Assembly (NCBI GenBank): GCA_010909165.1
Contig: MU008208.1
Location: forward strand, 269,851 to 333,850
Direction of reading: 5' to 3'
Length of the DNA: 64,000 bases
DNA from: Anthoceros angustus
Taxonomy: Eukaryota; Plantae; Anthocerotophyta
The translations under genes were made by a program, and so were the position numbers. The notes beneath the pieces were generated by a model. That model had not been told where the DNA came from. It searched no databases and saw nothing but the letters and a program-made list of their open reading frames with translations. This document shows, one piece after another, positions 59,101-64,000 of this stretch (positions are counted from its first letter, which is position 1; each line of letters opens with the position of its first letter).

Positions 59101-62100
59101 CTCAACTCCCATCATGCGGTCTTTCAGTTCCACAGATTGCTGGGTTTCCTCTAAAGCATCTTCCCTCGTTCCTCCTGCTCTATGAGCGATTCTAGTCTAG
59201 CTATCCTCTCGGTCATGTTCATCCTCCATGATCACATGGTACTTCAAATTCCACGGGCATCACGACATGCCATCGTTAGATAATAAGGGTCTTCTTGGTG
59301 GTTACCTTCTCCAGATCACCACATCTTGAATGCAACTTAGCATCCCAATCATACATGTGTTACGATTACCTTGGTGAGGATTGTGCAGCAACCCGTTCTT
59401 CTCGTCAATCCGTTCGCCTTGGGGTTGTAGTCGTCTTCGATCGAATGTTGAAGTAGGTGGTTAGGGACTCAACGGCGAGTTGAGGAAATGTGTCCCCGGT
59501 CTGACCAACTCTAAAGGACACCGTACCGTTATGATGTTCTCGAATAAAAACTTTGCCCAGCGGTCGTCGTCCTTCCTCGCTTGCCTCCACCATCTTGTGC
59601 AATAATCCGTAGCCACCAAAATGTCTTTGCTTCTTCGTCCATTGCGTTGGTGGTTTGATTGATCTGAAATCGATTCCCCACTTCTCGAATGGTGCTAGCG
59701 GTAAGATGTAGGTGAGGCCATTGTGTACAAATAGGCCGCCCAACCCTCGACACGCATCACACCTCGGTGAACTCCCACATCCTTTTGCATCGTAGCCCAC
59801 GAACCACGCATTCAAAATCTTCTTAACGGTCACTGCGAATAGTGTCCACCTCTTGCATGTAGCGCCTCCGTGGCAGACCTCTTCAACCGACATCTCGGAT
59901 CTTCTCGTCCGGCCCAAGCTTGTATAGATGCCTTCCTTAGCAATAGGGGCGGCTTTATGGAAACAGCCCGCCCTTCCCTGGACAAACCATCGGGCATGAT
60001 TCCATGCTCCGAACTTGCGTACTTCACCGTTCAGAATATCTTGGGCATGAACGCCCCTCACGTTCTAATCTCCTCCTTCCGGTGCCTCCTCCGTCCCGTA
60101 GCCCAGTGGCGTGGATCCATCTACAAATCCATCGCCTTGCTTCATCTTCACGTTCCTTGGCTGCGCGTTTGCACTCCTCCTCACAATGGGCTGATCTTTC
60201 CATTCGGTGGCCTAGCCTCGTGACTAGGTCCAGCTCGTGCTCCCATGGCGACCTCCTGCACCTCCATGTCCTCTTGGGTGATTTCCCATGAATCCCATCT
60301 CCTTCTCCTGCAGTTTTCTTCAAAGCTTGTCATGGGATGCACCTCCTTCCTTTTGCCAACTCGTGGCCTCCACTTGCAGCCCTCATGCTCACCCTTGAGG
60401 CATTCGCCTCCTCCTCGCCCATCTTGGCGCCATCCTATCTCCTCGGTTCCAGTTGTCCTGCTGACTTTTCACTGCCGCGCTCCCTTCTTGCTCATTTGGC
60501 CTGGCAACAAGACTTGCTGATCAATTCTTAGGCCGTCTACAACATCACGTCCTCCCCTTGACCCAGGGTGGCAACTCCTCGTCGGAAATCGGTCTGCTGG
60601 CCTCAAGTCGCTCTCCGGTTTTCGAGAAATAAAATCAGCATTTTGATCTTGCTTCCACAGCCTAGTTTCTACGTCGTAGTCAAATTCTTGCAGCGGTAGT
60701 ACCCATCGGCAATCCTTCACGACAAATCGGCTTGACAAGGTACTTCAGCATAAAATGGTCAACATGAAGCGTCACCTTGCAAGCAAGCGGATAGTGTCTA
60801 AACTTCTTACGAGTAAATGATACCAAGACCCTCCGCTCCGTGGTTGAGTAGTTCTTTTCGGCATCGTTGTCTCTGCATAGAAAATCGGATGATCCGTTTC
60901 TTCTCATCCTTCCCAAGCGGTCCCAATGGCATAGCGGACACATCCGTATACATGAAGCGGTTTCTCCCAATCGGCGGTTAGCGTTGGTGCGCTCACTAAG
61001 CATCCTTTGAAAAGCCTCATCTTGCATTGGTCCATTCGAAGGTGTATCCTTCTTGGTCAATTGTGTCAACAAAGGCCTTCTTAGCGAAATCCTTGATGAA
61101 CCTCACTGTAATATCCTACCCTCCTACAAAACGCTTTGTCTCTCGTTTGTGGTGCGTCCATCTCGACTATAATTGCTACTTTCTCCTTATCTACAATCCT
61201 CGTCGAGACTCGATGTGCTAACAAAATGCCCTCCGTCATACCAAAATAACACTTCCCCGGATGAAGTTTCATGTTCGACTCTGCATTTGGAAACATTGTC
61301 TCAAATGTCTAGATCACGGTCTCTCCCAAACACGCAAATCATCTAGGAATACCTCCATGAACTTCTCGGAAAATCTCGAATATCGCGTTCACCACCATTG
61401 GAAAGTGGCGGGGCATTGCACAACCCGAAGGAGCTTGAATAAGCGTAAGTTCCCCAATCCGTTGTGAATGTTGTCTTGTCACGATCTTCCTTAGCGGTGA
61501 TTGTACCGAATATATCAGAAACTATACATCTCATGTCCGACTCGTGTCCACCTTTGTCCATGAAAGGCAAAGGGTGATGATCCTTCTTCGTTGCTTCATT
61601 GAGCTTCACGAAATCTTGGCATGCCGAACCTTTCCTGCTGCTTCTTTGGTACAATCACGATGGGGTGCGACCCACTCGCTAGTGAGCAGATAAATTACTC
61701 CGCCTCCAAATATTGGTCGGTGATCCTTAACAACCATGGAATACTTGGGATTCGACTGTATTGATCCTCAGTCTTGCCCTCCTTCAAGTCGATTCGATGT
61801 ATCCCCAGTTCTTCGGTATTCCTGTCATGTCAGTAATCTTGAAGGCAAACACATCGACATACTCCCTAAGCACTCTGAAACTCCTCTTTCTCTATCTATC
61901 CTAGATACCTAGAAATCTTGACTACCTTGCTAGGTTCTAACTCTAAGTCTTCTACGGCATCGGGATCTACGTATGTCCCTTGGGTTGCTACATCTTGGTT
62001 CGGATCCCTCCTCGGAAAATCACGATCATAGGCTTTACCCTTCCAAAGGCTACTCCTTCCTATGTGCCTCATCTTAGGCTCCTCGGGTTTCCTCTACGTG

Positions 62101-62600
62101 CAAGTATGAATACTCCAAATCACTCTTTATTTCGTGACCTGTGAAGGGCCCGATAAGTTCTAGAACCACACCTTACAGGTGTGTTGCACTACAAGCAGCT
62201 TTGGCTTAGCGTCGAGGTGCGGTCAGGATCATGTTCATGAGTAACCTTCCACCCTCCACCACTCTTTGGCGCTCCAAAGCACAAATACTCGCCTACACGC
62301 TGCAGCAGATCTGTCTTCGTAAGGGTATTAAAGCCCAATGTCCAGACTAAACTGATCTAAGTTGGGTGTCGATTATCCATTAGTTTCGTGGCTAATCACA
62401 AAACTTCTTGTGCTCCTTCCTCAGGGCTTCTTGTGGAGCTTCCTAGGGCACATTGAGGCGTAAATCCTCCAGAAGCCTCATCTCAAGGTGATGGAAGTTA
62501 CTCTTGCCTCATCCTCTCCTCTCCTCTTTTCCACCATCATGGGATTGCCATATGATCCTTCAAGGCGTGCTCGAGCCATGGCTTGGTTTTTCCGTGATGC
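56177..62600 (-). mobile_element. pol: Longest continuous Gypsy segment: PR-RT linker, RT, RNase H, integrase, spacer, eORF
   Basis: DLELEPSKVVKI...VLREYVDVFAFKITDMTGIP at ~61810-61960; NMKLHPGKCYFGMTEGILLAHRVS...VDKEKVAII at 61150-61290; then a mirror image of 51170-56154. Confidence 0.88.
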
Positions 62601-62829
62601 TAGAATTTTCAGGCTGCAGGATGGCGGCGATTAAGTGGATTACGGTGATCCACAGTCGCGAGTGAGGGCCTGTGCGAGGCCCATGAGCTCGCCCTTGAGC
62701 CGTTCGCGCGCCAGCGAGCAGTCGGGCCGTCTTGTGTGTGAGGAAGCATGGCGGCCTCCCCTTATGGCCAGCATACGACCTTGTGGGAACCAGAGCCCCT
62801 TGCCTTGTGTGTTTAACACATGGTGAGTG

Positions 62830-63328
62830 GTGTGGAACACAAAAGTTTGGGAGCAGCCAAAGGAGGATGAAGCAAGTTTGATTTTTTTGGCTAATACGAT
62901 TGAAGAGGGCATGTTGGGAATTTTCGAGAAGCTTGGGCTAGTTGTAGGATATTGGGAGGCGAAGAGGATATCTCGGGGAAAAGCGGGTCAAAATGACCCC
63001 TGCAACGAGCGGGAAAGGCGGTAGGTTGGCGGACTACGCCGTGAAAGCCACATAGGCGAAGCGGACTACGGTGGGGTGACGGACTCATGGTGGTGGCGGA
63101 TCTCGGTAGAAAAGGAAATTAGAATGGGATATCCACTATATACTCACCAATAGGGAATAAATATATAAAGTAATTAAGCGATTAATTAGGGTAGCGGATA
63201 GGGGCGGAAAATAGCGGTTAGATAGGATTAGGTATTTTGGAATGATAGACCCAATCTAGGGGTTGTGAGCAGCCTCCATGGCGACATCCAAGGAGGGCAA
63301 AGTGCGGTTTTGGGCGAACTTCTCTCCG
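62830..63328 (+). mobile_element. Gypsy post-integrase segment, spacer and eORF start (MATSKEGKVRF, ATG 63278)
   Basis: 62830-63090 is the reverse complement of 47790-48060; the spacer matches 53700-53850. Confidence 0.8.
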
Positions 63329-63464
63329 AAAGGAATCATTTGCGATCCTTATAACTGATTCAATTCACGATTCACTTCTTCAATTACGTTACGCATTCAC
63401 AGATTTAAGATTCGATTTCATTGAAACCTTTTTAAATGTTAATCACATAAAATTCAGACAACTC

Positions 63465-64000
63465 ATGTTCATTCAAAAATAAAAGATCAGTTTTATACTT
63501 TCTCTTTCTGTTCACTATTGCATCCTGCTCGAAGCCGGATTTCGAATATATTCCCCAAACCCGCTACCCGGATCCTGTTGCACGACCGGTTGGAGCGCCA
63601 ATTGGTGAAGCACATGTTGAATTTATCGGGAAGATGGAGGAACAATAAAGTTTCCGAACGGACAGGTTGAGATCATAATTCCTGCAGGAGCGTTGGATGA
63701 AGAAACAGAGGTCTCAATCCAGGCTATAAAAATTCTTCAGTAAGTGGAATTGGTTTTGGATACAGGTTTACCCGCATGGAAAAATTTTCAAGAAAAAGTT
63801 ACGGTTCGGTTCTCCTATAAAATATGTCTGCAGCATTAAGCAGCAACAAAGCGTTGGAGATCGCATACCAGGATGGAAGTGGATTCTGGGTTTGTCATGG
63901 TAAAACTGTAAACGATCCTGTCAACAAAACGATCAGAGTAGAAACTGACTTCAGCGACTGGGCGTTGATTGAATCTATGGAATTAACACCTGCGGTGAAA
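63465..64000 (+). CDS. Bacteroidota-type lipoprotein with a ZU5-like domain (3'-truncated, homopolymer frameshifts)
   Basis: Corrected reading: MFIQK(I)KRSVLYFLFLFTIASC (lipobox IAS-C) SKPDFEYIPQ...PVGAPIGEAHVEFIG(K)DGGTIKFPNGQVEIIIPAGALDEETEVSIQAI(K)NSSVSGIGFGYRFT(P)HGKIFKK(K)VTVRFSY...LEIAYQDGSGFW...TDFSDW. This is the GGTI...IPAGAL...PHG..F.KPV...HFSDW pattern of Bacteroidota ZU5-like lipoproteins. No introns. Confidence 0.75.

Larger units (their letters stand above)
49464..61788. repeat. Giant fold-back inverted repeat: arms 49464-56154 and 56177-61788, loop ~22 nt
   Basis: Mirror ORFs, e.g. 53829-54188(-) = 58124-58483(+) and 49597-49908(+) = 61343-61654(-). Centre: caagaaggtg ttcctcaccacccggcatcca tgcaccactttcttg. 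The left arm has ~1.2 kb (49958-51168) in place of ~160 bp of RT. Confidence 0.92.

Noticed and set aside
62600-62830. Short GC-rich unique segment as a host gene exon
   Set aside because: No recognisable motif in any of the six frames, and it is too short to call.

Overview
This window is almost entirely plant-type (eukaryotic) repetitive DNA, not a prokaryotic operon region, and it looks like an unpolished, partly chimeric long-read assembly. Most of it consists of shuffled, multiply re-used pieces of one Ty3/Gypsy LTR retrotransposon of the non-chromovirus Athila/Tat-like (OTA) type. All its parts can be recovered: a ~955-bp LTR, a TGGCGC-type PBS, gag with two zinc knuckles, protease, RT, RNase H, integrase, an AT-rich spacer, a long extra 3' ORF (eORF), and a PPT. 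Fragments of up to three Ty1/Copia families are interleaved with it. Non-LTR content: (i) a 5'-truncated beta-class amino-DNA methyltransferase (N4-C/N6-A type) at 1-806, facing an unknown convergent ORF, with repeated GC palindromes between them; (ii) a ~4-kb AT-rich tandem unit (15966-24415) carrying an intron-containing ALY/REF (THOC4)-like mRNA-export gene with a triplicated N-terminal UAP56-binding motif, a 35-bp minisatellite, a LINE-ORF1-like fragment and a (CTT)n tract; (iii) a ~12-kb fold-back inverted repeat centred at ~56165; (iv) an abrupt switch at ~63330 to bacterial DNA encoding a Bacteroidota-type ZU5-like lipoprotein. That bacterial gene carries several homopolymer -1 frameshifts, which suggests many frameshifts elsewhere are sequencing errors. 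Most ORFs in the supplied track are spurious antisense or frameshifted readings of these repeats. Protein identities come from manual motif recognition across frameshifts; no database search was run.
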